Assembly: GCF_964204865.1 (NCBI RefSeq)
Contig: NC_135252.1
Span: forward strand, 13,082,001 to 13,146,000
Source: Styela clava
Lineage: Eukaryota
DNA length: 64,000 nt
Direction of reading: 5' to 3'
Shown here: piece after piece, positions 1 through 11,963 of the stretch
Position numbering within the stretch: position 1 is the first letter of the stretch
How the letters are laid out: each line of letters starts with the position of its first letter
Notes under the pieces: generated by a model
The model's database searches: none
What the model was told of the DNA's origin: nothing
The model's input: only the letters and a program-made list of their open reading frames with translations
Translations under genes and position numbers: made by a program

Positions 1-1093
1 GCTTCTATGTTAGTGGAAATGCATACAATGCGTTTCTAGAACAAATAACGCCTTTTTTTAAATTTTAACTTCAAAATTAATTAATTTAATCTTGTAGTAA
101 ACAGGTAAAGAAAAAATTGTTGTATCCAAAGTATTTCTTATCCTAACACAGCAACGTGAGATATCATATGAAAATTATCTTTAAAAATAGGTAACGGTAA
201 CCTATGTCGAAATGTATGACCTATCACAAACAATTGCATATTGATAACACAGTATGAATTCAATACTGGTTAACAGCAAATGTTTTCCCTGACATTTCTT
301 CATTAGACATTTACTTCACACCATTTACTTATTAAAGTCGAAGATGTTTTTCTATTATATTGAAATATATTTTATATGAGACACCGAATGACCAAACTAT
401 CGAATATATCATTTGCTTTTTATTTAAAATTTGATACTTGGTTTACCGCATTTTATGAGAAATAGCGACACACGTTATTACATAACACATTTTAATCAGC
501 ATGAGCAATATATTCTTCTCATAAATTGACAAACTGAAATTAATAGAAGAAATTATCAAACAAACATATACCACAATGTAACACTTTCGTAAATGTCGAC
601 TTGCACGTCATCTCAATGCGTAATTAATCTATCATTATTGTAAAGATTAGAAAAACCAAAGTTTATTAAACAGACATGTATTAGTACGTCTGAGCATGAC
701 TCACTGGTTTCAATTTAGCCTGAATACTAACACGAAAACTGTGAGAAATATTGATCAAAATATGACGCGATTTCAAAGTAATCTAAGAATAATTTACTTT
801 AAATATATAAAAACTAGTAAGCTTAGTTTTATAAATACTACTCAATATGAATATTATCTTGAAATTTTGTGCGTTTGCACGCTTAACGAAACATACTCAT
901 CACGGATATGTATTGTATATTTTTCCTCGTCTTGTTACGCTATTTACTTTCGTTTTCTCTAATTACCCGTTCGCAGGTTTGACGCTATTTTTTTGTGTAT
1001 TCAGCATAATATCTGTTTTGAAATTTCTTTTCAAGTTATATATAGGAAACAATATTGTCAGATATAACTTGTTCAGCCAGAAGAAGAAACACA

Positions 1094-2650
1094 ATGTACG
1101 TCAAACTACTTTTTACTGCGTGTTTAGCGATTTGCATTGAGAAAGTTGTTCTTCAAGGTAAGTTGTTTATTTGTATACTCATTATAACTGATGATTCTTT
1201 CAAGCTGTTAATTAATAGGGTACATGTGACATAGGTGATCACCATCACTAAACGACATCTTAATAAAGCATGTAACAAACATGTTTACGTATCTGAATAC
1301 CTTCATGTGTGGTAGTCAAAGGATGTTAACTATGATTGTTTTAAATAGAATTGCTTAAAGCGTGATCGCGCGTACCCAGTCAGAAATGAAAAAGCCTCAT
1401 CTCCAAGCAAAGTTACGAATACTATAATAAATATTATAGCATAAAAATACGAATTATTAAATACCAAATACCGGAAAGCTTAGGTTAATACGATCCGAAA
1501 AGCTATGACGTGTATTCCACATAACTGAGGTTCTTGGTGAAACGCTTTGGGCATAAATTTTTGAGTGAAATAGGTACACTGCAGCAAACGGATGGAAGTT
1601 TACTGACAATTGGCTGGAAACTTTACTTGGAGAGACAAGCTCCGAAATTTATTTTATCCAAAGTATTTCTCAGTTCAGAATATTACAGTTCATTATAATA
1701 TATGTAGAATTTTGTACTCATTTTGTCACGAATCGGCACTAATTTTACACTGGTGATTGACTCTTTTTACAAGCATGACGTCCATACGTAACTCCATGTT
1801 ATTTTGGATTCTGAGTAAAGGCTGCTTTTATTAAAATCATATTTCAAATATCCAGGTTTTAACGATGGCTTCGATGATTTCAGTGATTTATTTGACGATA
1901 TACCAGCAACAGTTCTTCCAACACCCACTAAAGATCCAGAATGTTATATCGGTAGAACATTTTTTAATGGAACTCATATTACATTGAACAATCAAACGAG
2001 TGAAGTCTGTTTGCCGCACGAGGTAAAACTTTTTCATTAGAATTTATTACAGATCCTAATTTCTAGTGTTCCGAAATTTGTTGAAAAAGATTTAAAATAA
2101 TAAAGAAACAACAAAATCATTATTAATACAATGATCAGGAATGTATTTGTCGAGTTTGTAGTGATTTTAAATTGAATTATGAATTTGATGACTTTTTTAT
2201 TCGTTCTTTTTGAAATTTGCAATAAGATTTTTAACAAATTGCTACATTTTAGAAAACATGCCAAACAAAAGTAGAAATTGGACCAGAAAGTTACAAAATT
2301 TTTCGTCAATGTAAAGAGCCAGAAGTTTGTAAGAACAATCAGGCAAATAACAATCAAGTGTGCTACTCAGAAGAAGCAAAAGAGAAAGAAGTAAGCACGT
2401 CCTTTATCCACACTTTTAAACGTTCTCTCATCCTCTCATTTGTTATTTCCAATTTCTATGCCGTTCCCCTTGTATTTGTATAACAGTTATGTATCATACA
2501 CAATGGAATTTCTGAAATATTATTTATTTTCATAAACAGGAGCAACTCTGCTATTTTTGCTGTCAAGGAGATTTTTGCAATGATGGAGAGGAAATCGACG
2601 TATTGTTACCAGGAGCATTACCTCAAATGGACGAAACCGATGGTCTTTAA
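1094..2650 (+). CDS. Secreted three-finger (Ly6/uPAR-like) protein 1, ~159 aa, 4 exons
   Basis: Exons 1094-1157, 1856-2022, 2253-2390, 2540-2650; all GT-AG, phases 1,0,0, frame open. Signal peptide MYVKLLFTACLAICIEKVVLQ. Domain has 10 Cys: ECYIG..VCLPHEKTCQTKVEI..QCKEPEVCKNNQANNNQVCY..LCYFCCQGDFCN. Acidic tail, no hydrophobic GPI signal. Confidence 0.88.
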
Positions 2651-4087
2651 ATCTGAATTATATGTATTCTATCCACCCGATACCGATTTTTGAATTTTCT
2701 TTTATTGACTTTTGTTGAAGACCTTACATCATAAATCCTTTGTTTAAATCTTAAAATTAGTTTCCTTGTTTAGTAAAACATTCAGGATGTATATGATGCT
2801 ATTAATTTCAATCAATTTTCAATAAACTGTTTAATGAATGCTCAATGTCCTGAATATTTCGATTTATACTATTTGTCAAGTTTTATATTTTGATGTCCGA
2901 AATAACATAAATCGATTCAAAGATTCAATAGTTTTTGTCATATTTTGCCATATCATTTATCAACCTTTGTGGCAACAATTAAACTGTCAAGCTGTTCACT
3001 CACGACACAAACAGCCACAATATATTAAAATTAACTGTATTTCCGTTCTTCGGGTAATGATGCTTTATATTAAACATAATAGAAGTGGAAATATTTGTTG
3101 GTATATATTAATAGAACTTTCAGAGCATGTCGCTCTTAGAATCGAGCCTGCTTACAAATTTGTTCTTTCACAGTTTAAGAATATGAGAAAATAAATTTGG
3201 GAAATTTGAAATAAAAATTACTGTTGTTACCCGCCAAATCATTTAACTATTTTTATGTAATTTCATATCAATGGAATCTTTTTGAATAGTACTTTACAAT
3301 AGATTAATCAACTTAATGATCTCGGGTGTCCCTGGGTCATTTTGACACCCCTCTATAATTTTTTTAATATTTCACCAACCAAAAATGCCAAAGACATCAT
3401 TAATGTGTCCCTAAAAAGCTTATTTTTGTCGCTTTCCACTAAAACGCGCCCAAATTACGTAGCGTAAATGCGTCCGCCCATATGCCGGTAAGAAGAGAGA
3501 AATTTCAAAAATATTCGAGAAAAAGTTTCTCACTTTTAACGCTGTGGTCAACACGTGATTGATATGCGAGAAAAAGAGTTTTCCTTTGGACGAGTTTTAC
3601 GTCACCTTCAAAATAAAACAAAAGTGGGATTAGTAAGTGAAGTGATATTCGTTTTATCGAAGAGCATTTGATCGAGTGCTGTCTGGTATCTTTGTTTGTT
3701 TATTATGAGCCGGAGAACGTTGCTCGTGCGTTCAAAATACTTCGTTTTCAACTAACAACAGATTCTTTGTTCATTTTTAAGCTTTGAAATACTTATACAG
3801 ATAAAATTGACCTTGTTGCTAAATAAAAATTATACATAAAAAAATATGATGACGTCAACGTAATTAAGAACACTCGGATCAAGCATGGATAATTTAAACT
3901 CAAACATTTTGAGTTTTGAAATTGGTTTTGTTCACATGCAGACCACTATGAAATACTATTGACCCCCCAAAATACATTTAATTCAGCCATAATTCCAAAT
4001 TATGACACAGATTAGCCATTTATAACCGGTCCGATCCTACCCGTACACTACGAGCAATAAAAGCACTAGTGGTAACTAATTTTTCAT

Positions 4088-4291
4088 GGTGACCGTACAT
4101 TTGAACCCACGTACATTTGAACTCATGTGTATATCCGCGGGTTTAATTTATCTGCGGGTGCTAAAACCCATGGGTTAAGGTTAGTATGAGTTCAAATATC
4201 CGCAAAACAAAACAAAATTCCATAGGTGCAAAAGTATGCAGGTGCAATTGTCGTGGTTTTAAATGTACCTGGATTCAAATGTACGGCAACC
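4088..4291. mobile_element. MITE, ~200 bp
   Basis: 18-bp imperfect terminal inverted repeats GGTGACCGTACATTTGAA / TTCAAATGTACGGCAACC. Flanks only partly match (ATTTTTCAT / AAAATTCAT). Confidence 0.6.
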
Positions 4292-5712
4292 AAAATTCAT
4301 TTCTCATATATTTCATTTGTTTTCATTCTGATTTAACTTCCTTTAATATAGGCAATACTGAATGAAGCCCTTGAATTTCTTATTTTTTACGTGACTTCTA
4401 AAACACCGATAATTTTGAGATCAATTGAAGGTAAAGTTGAACATGGAGTCCCACATTTCAACCTGTCTTTTATTACTATTTTAGCAAAAGTTCGGGTTCG
4501 CTTGTTATATGTTAGCGCCGCAGAATGATCTTCAATCCCAATTCCCGCCACTTAGCCTAGTGAGTAGGAATGAGTCTAGTTAACGCAAAATAAAAAGATA
4601 AACGGGCAACTTCCAATGGAAAAAGTACAATTTTAGTATAAGTACTCATTTTTTGTTCAACAAATGATCGTCCAAATTGATACCTCAATAGAAAGTTACA
4701 ACAAAACGCTAAAACAGGTTTTTGATAGATTTCAATATTCTCATAGTTATTCCTACAAAGTAAAATTTTTTTAGAAAAAAATACAAATATTCAATTCAGT
4801 CTATTTTAGAATTTCCATGCAAATTGATTGCGTAGTATAAGAGAACCAATTTTCTTTATCAAATGCTCATACTTTACTGAAAACGAAATAACCAATAAAT
4901 AGACATGTTTTTGAAATTGAGATACCATGAAACACAGCCATAATTGTACAATTTTTTTCAATATTAAGCATAAGCCGTGGTAATATGCACTCGAATAACT
5001 TCTTATCTTGATCAAGTTTATGTTGCCAGAGGCAAATTGAAATGTAGTTGTTCATATTATCAGTAATAAAGTGAATGTTTCAATTTTAAAAATGAGATAT
5101 ATTTTACTCGTTCATAATAGTAAATCGATATCATTGTTTGGTATTGTATATAACATTTTAAATCAATACCACAAAATCAGCATGTTTAGATAAATAATAA
5201 TCCAATATACATTTTCGACATTGCATCTAATAGCTTTACTGAAATATTCAAGTTGGAATGCCGAATTTTCGTCCCAACCCAAAGACGTTTGATCTCGTAT
5301 ATATAAACAAAAATTTTGTAACATTTCGTTTTGATGGTATCAAAAAAATAACATCTACATTTTTTTACTCATATTGGTGAGTCAGATTTTCAGTTGCGGA
5401 AAGTCAAAGAGTTGTTCACGGAATTTGATACCTAATTATTTGTGGTGCGTAAATTCTTTAGTAAGGAAAGAAAGAAAAGCTAAAATGTTGCAAATAGAAC
5501 AGCTATTTTCAATGCAGCCCTATGTTGTAGAATAATTTCCTATAGTATTACTGTAAAATCAAGATGATTATGGGATGATTACATGAATATGATGGAACAT
5601 TTACAGAAATAGCTTTCAAATTTTGAAAAACAAATATAGAATTTATACCATTTTATGAGGTTTTATTTCTTTTTATTTAGTATAGATTCTGTAAATCAGA
5701 TACGGATACGCC

Positions 5713-6825
5713 ATGAAAGGTGTGCAAATCCTTCTCACAATAGTTCTTAATTATTGTGCAGTCTATGGACAAGGTAAGGTTTTAATAAAACAAGTTATGC
5801 TACCTTCTAATAAAACTCAAAATTAAGAGGAAAAGATTCTGTTATGATTTTTCATATTGTTCTATTAATTCATAGGTTGAATGTCACGATAAATACAATC
5901 AAATTTATTTCCTCTTAGACACAACAAAATGTTCAGCATTTTACATTAAACTTTTGTTGCAGATGGGACGGAAGTAGGGGGCGGAATTGGTGGAATCGGT
6001 GGTGCAACGGGAGCAGGATTCAAAGTTTCATCGCCAATCACTTCAGAATCTAATCGATGTTACTGGGGGATAAATGAATATGACGGAATCAATGACATAG
6101 ATCACAAATTTGAAAAAGAAGTTGCATGTTCTTGGGGGAAGGTAATGCTTTTACTAAGTCAATAAAATTAAATTTCCTTACAAAACCTGGGTTGGTATAC
6201 ATAGCTTTCTCATTTCACATAAATTAATTTCCAATTAATTAGTAATTTCCAAGTGCAAGTCATTGGGTAAGCTATTCCGTGGAAAGGTCCTTCCTTCCAC
6301 ATATAAACGGTGTAAGTGGCAATTCTATATAATTACATTTCTATTTTATTTTTAATTTTATTTAGTCAAGATGCCAAGTCAAACTTGAAATCCGACCAAC
6401 CGGTTACAGTATTTTCAAAACTTGCAAGGAACCTGAAGCTTGTGAACGAAATATTGCAAACAATCCACAACAATGCAAAGAACCGTACGCAGCTAATATG
6501 GAAGTAAGAAAATTTTCGCATTATAATAAGTGTATTTGTGAGATGCATTTATATTCATCTTTTCAACCTTTTTTTTATCGCATTATTACTAGTGTTTCTA
6601 CTAGTATTCCAGCTACACTTCTTCATTGTTATGTCTCCAGACTTCTCGTTCTCACATAAACTGAAGCAATTAAACAAATTTTGAGAAATAAAATATTTAA
6701 ACACTGAATATATTTTTATTTTTTAGCATCGAGTTTGTCATTGGTGCTGCGATGGAAACTTATGCAATGTCAACGATCTTATCCCTATTGATTTCAATGC
6801 AAAAACCAAGATACCGAAGCAATAG
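5713..6825 (+). CDS. Secreted three-finger (Ly6/uPAR-like) protein 2, ~158 aa, 4 exons
   Basis: Exons 5713-5773, 5963-6141, 6366-6503, 6727-6825. Signal MKGVQILLTIVLNYCAVYG-Q, then a Gly-rich extension. Domain RCYWG..ACSWGKSRCQVKLEI..TCKEPEACERNIANNPQQCK..VCHWCCDGNLCN. Same intron phases as gene 1. Confidence 0.88.
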
Positions 6826-8603
6826 TTCAAGTAGTGCATACTCATATACACATGTTAAGAATCTGATTATAAAACTTTTACAAGGACATCAGAAAAAAAT
6901 CGTATTAATTGTAAAATAAATGCTGAGCGATATTTTTATTATTGTGATATCACATTTTGAATGGAAATAAATTAGGTTGATTCCTGGAATTCTATTTTTG
7001 TATTTTTTCTTTCGGGATTCGGAGACAACAATTTGTTTGGAAAGAGATTTAAAAAGAAGGTTATGTGAGAGGGAAAGTAATAGGAACGCATATAGTCAAT
7101 TGGAATATTTCATCCAAAGATAAATCAACTTCGTAAGTGACAAAATAATAAAATATCAAAAACATATATTTGTTTGTAAACGCGAAATACGCTGGGAGAA
7201 CGCTTGTACAAACCAAACTTCTGGGAGCGGTTCAAGATTGAGGAATTTAGCCATAGAAAGTTGAGGAAAGAACAAATGCGAGTCGACAAAAAGATGGTAG
7301 AGATGTCGCTATTGTAGAGGAGGTAACCTAATTTGTATTAGACAAATACTCAAGGTGAAAAATCTAGTTGCCCGGAACAAAATTATCTGCAATGAGAACG
7401 AGGATATACTTTTCAAAACGGTGTGAGTATCAGATTTGAAAAGCTTCGTTACACGCCAGTGAATAATCGTAACTACGTGCGTCAAAAGTCCAGTATAATG
7501 TTCGATTCATTTGCTTTTCGTTGTATTGTTGTAATTGTCATTAGATTTTTCATGACTCACATATTTGTTAATATTGTAATCACATATTAGTTTAATCGTT
7601 CTGATGAAAAAAGATTAAGAACCCACGAAAGATTTCATCAAACATGACCGGACTTTAAAGTGGTATTTTATCATAACCGTTTCTTTGTCTATAAATAAAT
7701 ATAGCAGCTAACGTCCATCCCTCGTAAATAATGAATCAAAAACAATACTAGGAATTATATGGTATAAACTGTATAAGATATAATTCATTTTTTGAAGTAC
7801 AATGTACGCCTAGTGTCCGTGACGTAAAACTAGTAATATAGATTTTAATCTAACGTACGAAAACAAAACACGTATTCGCCATGCGATGGTTGAGATGTAA
7901 AACGTTCAGAACGACCCACCCTGAAGGGATATTTAAGAAGTTTTCAAGTTGAATTTGTTATTGCCGTGCCAGTAATGATTTTGGTATAAAACGGGAGTCT
8001 AAATACCAAACCATATTTGATACAAACGGAGTCTGAACAAAATATAGCATTTTACCGGATTACCTCGCAAAAACAGCAAAACCGGTTTCACTAGTAAAAC
8101 GATTGTGCTACGTACTTATACTGACACTCAATAAGATATCAGTTTTGAAAGAATAGTTGTAGGAGGTGTCAATCTTATACCAAATTACAATTGTTGATAT
8201 GTTCAATTTTACTTTTATCTGTTGAGATAGATTTGCCGGAAAGAATAGGTCTCCATTTTTATTTACCGCATTAGGCTTATATGGAAGAAAATTGGTATGA
8301 ATTCAATTCACTGCCTCGTCGGTTAGCGATCCAGTTAGGATATGAGAAAACCTATGAAATAACGCACCGCTTGCTGTTATTGGATTGGATGTATTTATAT
8401 TTAAATTACTAGTAATATTTGGCATTTGTGATTTGTTCGACTATGTTCAGAAGTCTCCTTTGTTTGCAAATACAATGCCTCTTAGTAGTATGCTATTCAG
8501 TGTGATGTCTAAATGTACATTTATAATGCGAATTTATTTCTTTTTGTATTAAGTTTTTGTTACAACTGTAAAGCTGTGGCAATCAACGCAAACAACTACA
8601 ACC

Positions 8604-9913
8604 ATGAAATACTACATTTTTGTTCTACTGTTAGCTCTTGCAAGTAACAGAGCTTTTGCTCAAGGTGAGGAAATAGTTGCTTCTAAAGCAACTAGAGTAT
8701 ATGGCATATCTAATTTCATAAGTCCAATTGCCTTTTGCCATACATGTGACAAAAAAGATACTTTTCAGACTATTAAATTTTAAATCGATATTCATGGAAG
8801 AAATTTTTGAATTTAAATTTATTTATTGTGAAATATACAACCTTGTACCCGATTGCCAGGTCAAGTTTGGTACGATTAAAGATTTGAACATTCCAAATCA
8901 ATGCTTGTAATTGGTGAGCGCCTTAACATAACAGTTGTTACGTTAACCCATCCTGCGATGGTTTTAGTAAAAGCTTGGTTGTAAAGCTAAGTCATTACTT
9001 CATGGTATGTAATTGAGTTAAGAAGAAGAAGGAGACGAAGAAGAAGTTCCAGATTCCGATCCCCAAAATGTAACATTTCCCGCAATACCAGAAGTACTTG
9101 AGGAAAATCAGATTGTCTGCTATACTGATTGGAGAAACTATAAAAACGTGCGACAGGCCTGCCCAGTCGGTGAGGTAAGCCCAACGGAACATAAAAAATT
9201 CTGAAACTTTGACATCGATATTGCTCACTTTCAAATTTTTCAGCATATTTTTTTTATCATATGAAAATTATTATGAAATTTAATAATTTTAATTTATAAA
9301 AATCTGACCTAATTAAATTTTTAACGTACTAATTAAGTCGAATGGCACAAGGGAAATTGCAATAACAGTACTAATAAATACGTTAATTTTCCGAAAAATA
9401 TGCTAACAAAACATGTTCTGTGCAATAGATATGTCAGACAAAAGTTGAATTCCACCCTAGAAGCGATCCTGTGGTCTATAAAGAATGCAAGACACGCTTT
9501 GCGTGTAACATGAACCGGATCATCAATCAGAAACAATGTGAAGAAGGAGTTACAGTGAGTTTTTACGTCCTTGAAATTTTTTGACAAAGCACGTTTACGA
9601 ATGAGTTATTAAGCAAAATGTAGTTCTAAAATGCTACAACTAGATATTGAGGGCATTATAGTGCGCAGCTCTCATGCTCAAAAATTCCAAAAGTTTAAAT
9701 AAAGCAAATTCTTTCCCTGACAGCGCTATTTTAATTTTCAAGCTATATTCAAATGCTATCTACTGAAAAGGATAAAATGAAATACGTAATTTTTTCTTCA
9801 TTTTTACTCATTAACATGAACATTATATTTTTCAGAATCGCGTCTGTCATCACTGCTGCTACGGAAATGACTGTAACAGTGACACACTACTTGAAGAAGA
9901 TGGTATTTTTTGA
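8604..9913 (+). CDS. Secreted three-finger (Ly6/uPAR-like) protein 3, ~138 aa, 4 exons
   Basis: Exons 8604-8664, 9023-9174 (weak AAG acceptor, exact start uncertain), 9429-9554, 9836-9913. Signal MKYYIFVLLLALASNRAFA-Q, then a Glu-rich extension. Domain VCYTDW..ACPVGEICQTKVEF..ECKTRFACNMNRIINQKQCE..VCHHCCYGNDCN. Confidence 0.86.
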
Positions 9914-10930
9914 ATAATGAATTCTCGATGCGCAACTGCAAAATAATAGTTAAAGAATGTGAACTAAAATTGAATGCTTATTTCCATATCCATGTATTTT
10001 GTGAGAAGAAAAATTGTAGCCTATCAAGTTTAGTGAAAATAAAAGTTAAGAAAGATGCATCTATTTATGGAATGTTTGTTTTGTGTCAGCAGCTGTCAAT
10101 TATGAATTAGTGAAGTATAGTCGCATAATATAATTTTAGAATCGGAATGTGGATCTTTTCATGTGAAAAACGACAATAAAGAAATACAAATATAGTTACA
10201 GTTATGGTTTGCGATGGATTCTATGTAATTGTTAGTTTCTGCGGATATACAGTGTTTCTATCGTTATGTTAAATATAGGAAAACCTCTCCATTGCATAAA
10301 ATATTTTTAACAAATATATACAAATATTAATAGACAATGAAATCGCTATTATAAACACTAAAAGAGTAGAGACACGTGTCAAATCACAATTGCCCAAGAG
10401 TAGAATGCACATACTACCTTAATTTGGTGTCAGATCCTGGATTAGATGATTCTTGATCGACGGCCTAGGACCGCCCTGCTTTAGACCTGGATTACGCGAT
10501 CTGGAATCTGCTGTTGGCAACAATTGTGATAAAACATTAATCAAATTAACAACGTGATGTCCGCTCACAAGCAAGAAGTGAAGTTGCTCATATTTTTCAT
10601 TGGTCATTTACAATATCTGTTGACAAATTATAAAAATCAAACTTAGTACGGTCAAAGTTCAACTGCTTCCAAGGTTAAATCATGTCATACAAACCGTTTA
10701 GCAAGATAAACAAGAAGATGATTAGCGAAAGTAGGAAGTTTTTTTGGGGTGCAAAAGACTACAGTACCGGTTCTGTAAAATATCTGATAATACAGTTGGG
10801 ACTCGGATCATTTGGTATTTCATTCAAGTTGAAGCCTGAGAGCATGAACCATCATCGTCACACGACTTGGAAAAGCTAGGGCAGTCCGGGTATCGGTATT
10901 CCGATACACGCACTGGTAAGTTACCGTACC

Positions 10931-11610
10931 TGTTCCACAGTTCCAACTTTCACATTTTCAACGTTCAGGATATATTTTTTGCGGAATTGTGAAGATAAAA
11001 ATTCGATTTAGCTTTCGTGTCCATATATTCGAGCATTGCTCTCGTGTTCTATCTTGTTCTTGTTGTTCTTTGTGACATTTTCTTGTTATTGTCATGAAAC
11101 AAGCTTTTTACTGAACCTATTGCTTTGGAATGTTCATTGTTCAGTAGTTAAAAATTGTTGTTGTCGCTAGTAGGCTATTGCTTTTAATATTTTTTTGTTG
11201 GCTTTATGTGATTTTCTTGTTTGTATGCCATGACGATATCAAAATGAAAAATTGCGCTTATTGTAAAAGTATCGTGCTTGCGTTCGTTGATATCTGGTGG
11301 TCATGCGTAGTCGGGGAGGCTATGCATGCAGCTACGGTACTGGTAGTTTACTGTACACGATTAGATATCACCCATGCCACTTAGTTTATAGTCTTCGTAG
11401 TTATATATTTGAGCATTGCTCTCTTGTTATTTTGATAGAGAAATCTCCATTCATAATTACTGGTAGGCTATATTACCGTCTGTATTACGAGTTCGTTCAT
11501 GTAAACCCGATCGACCGGATTATGTAGGCTGTTTATTTTCTGCGTGCTAGATTAAGCGCAAGTTATCATGGATCTATAAATAAACATTGGTATCAACTCG
11601 AAGAGTAACA
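10931..11610 (+). mobile_element. Possible solo LTR (BEL/Pao-like termini)
   Basis: Begins TGTT, ends AACA. Flanks GTACC / ATACC match 4/5. AATAAA ~25 bp before the end. Internal repeat GAGCATTGCTCTC at 11031 and 11411. Confidence 0.35.
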
Positions 11611-11963
11611 ATACCCCTAATCGAAAATATAATCACTAGCTTTATAGATATCATGTTCAGTAATGGCCAATCTAATAAAAAGACGTTTATTCTTACATCC
11701 AATGTTGATAAAAAAAAAACTAATAAAAACCACTCTTACATATAATTCCCGATATGTACACCATAAGCAGATCATGTTATGACCGAAATATACCTTTAGG
11801 CATTACAAGCCTGTTAGTTAAGTGTTTAAAAATACTCTATCAAACTGAACTGCCACGTTTTTATTTTGTAAACTGTTATGATTAAATCTGCTAAAACTAT
11901 CAGGATTGGGGCTCGTTGAAATAAAACGTTTTGAGGTGCTAGGTACAGTTTGACTGCTCAATA

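Noticed and set aside
696-1140. ORF-track ORFs 696-962 and 847-1140, and most other 60-120 aa ORFs
   Set aside because: I/F/K/L-rich chance ORFs of AT-rich DNA, often with non-ATG starts. The real coding exons nearby are in other frames with proper splice sites.
3312-3895. Possible piggyBac-like MITE (TTAA...GGGTCATTTTGACACCC)
   Set aside because: No convincing matching right TIR or TSD found.
10426-10435. TGGTGTCAGA resembling a tRNA primer-binding site
   Set aside because: Only ~10 nt, with no adjacent upstream LTR or gag/pol remnant visible.
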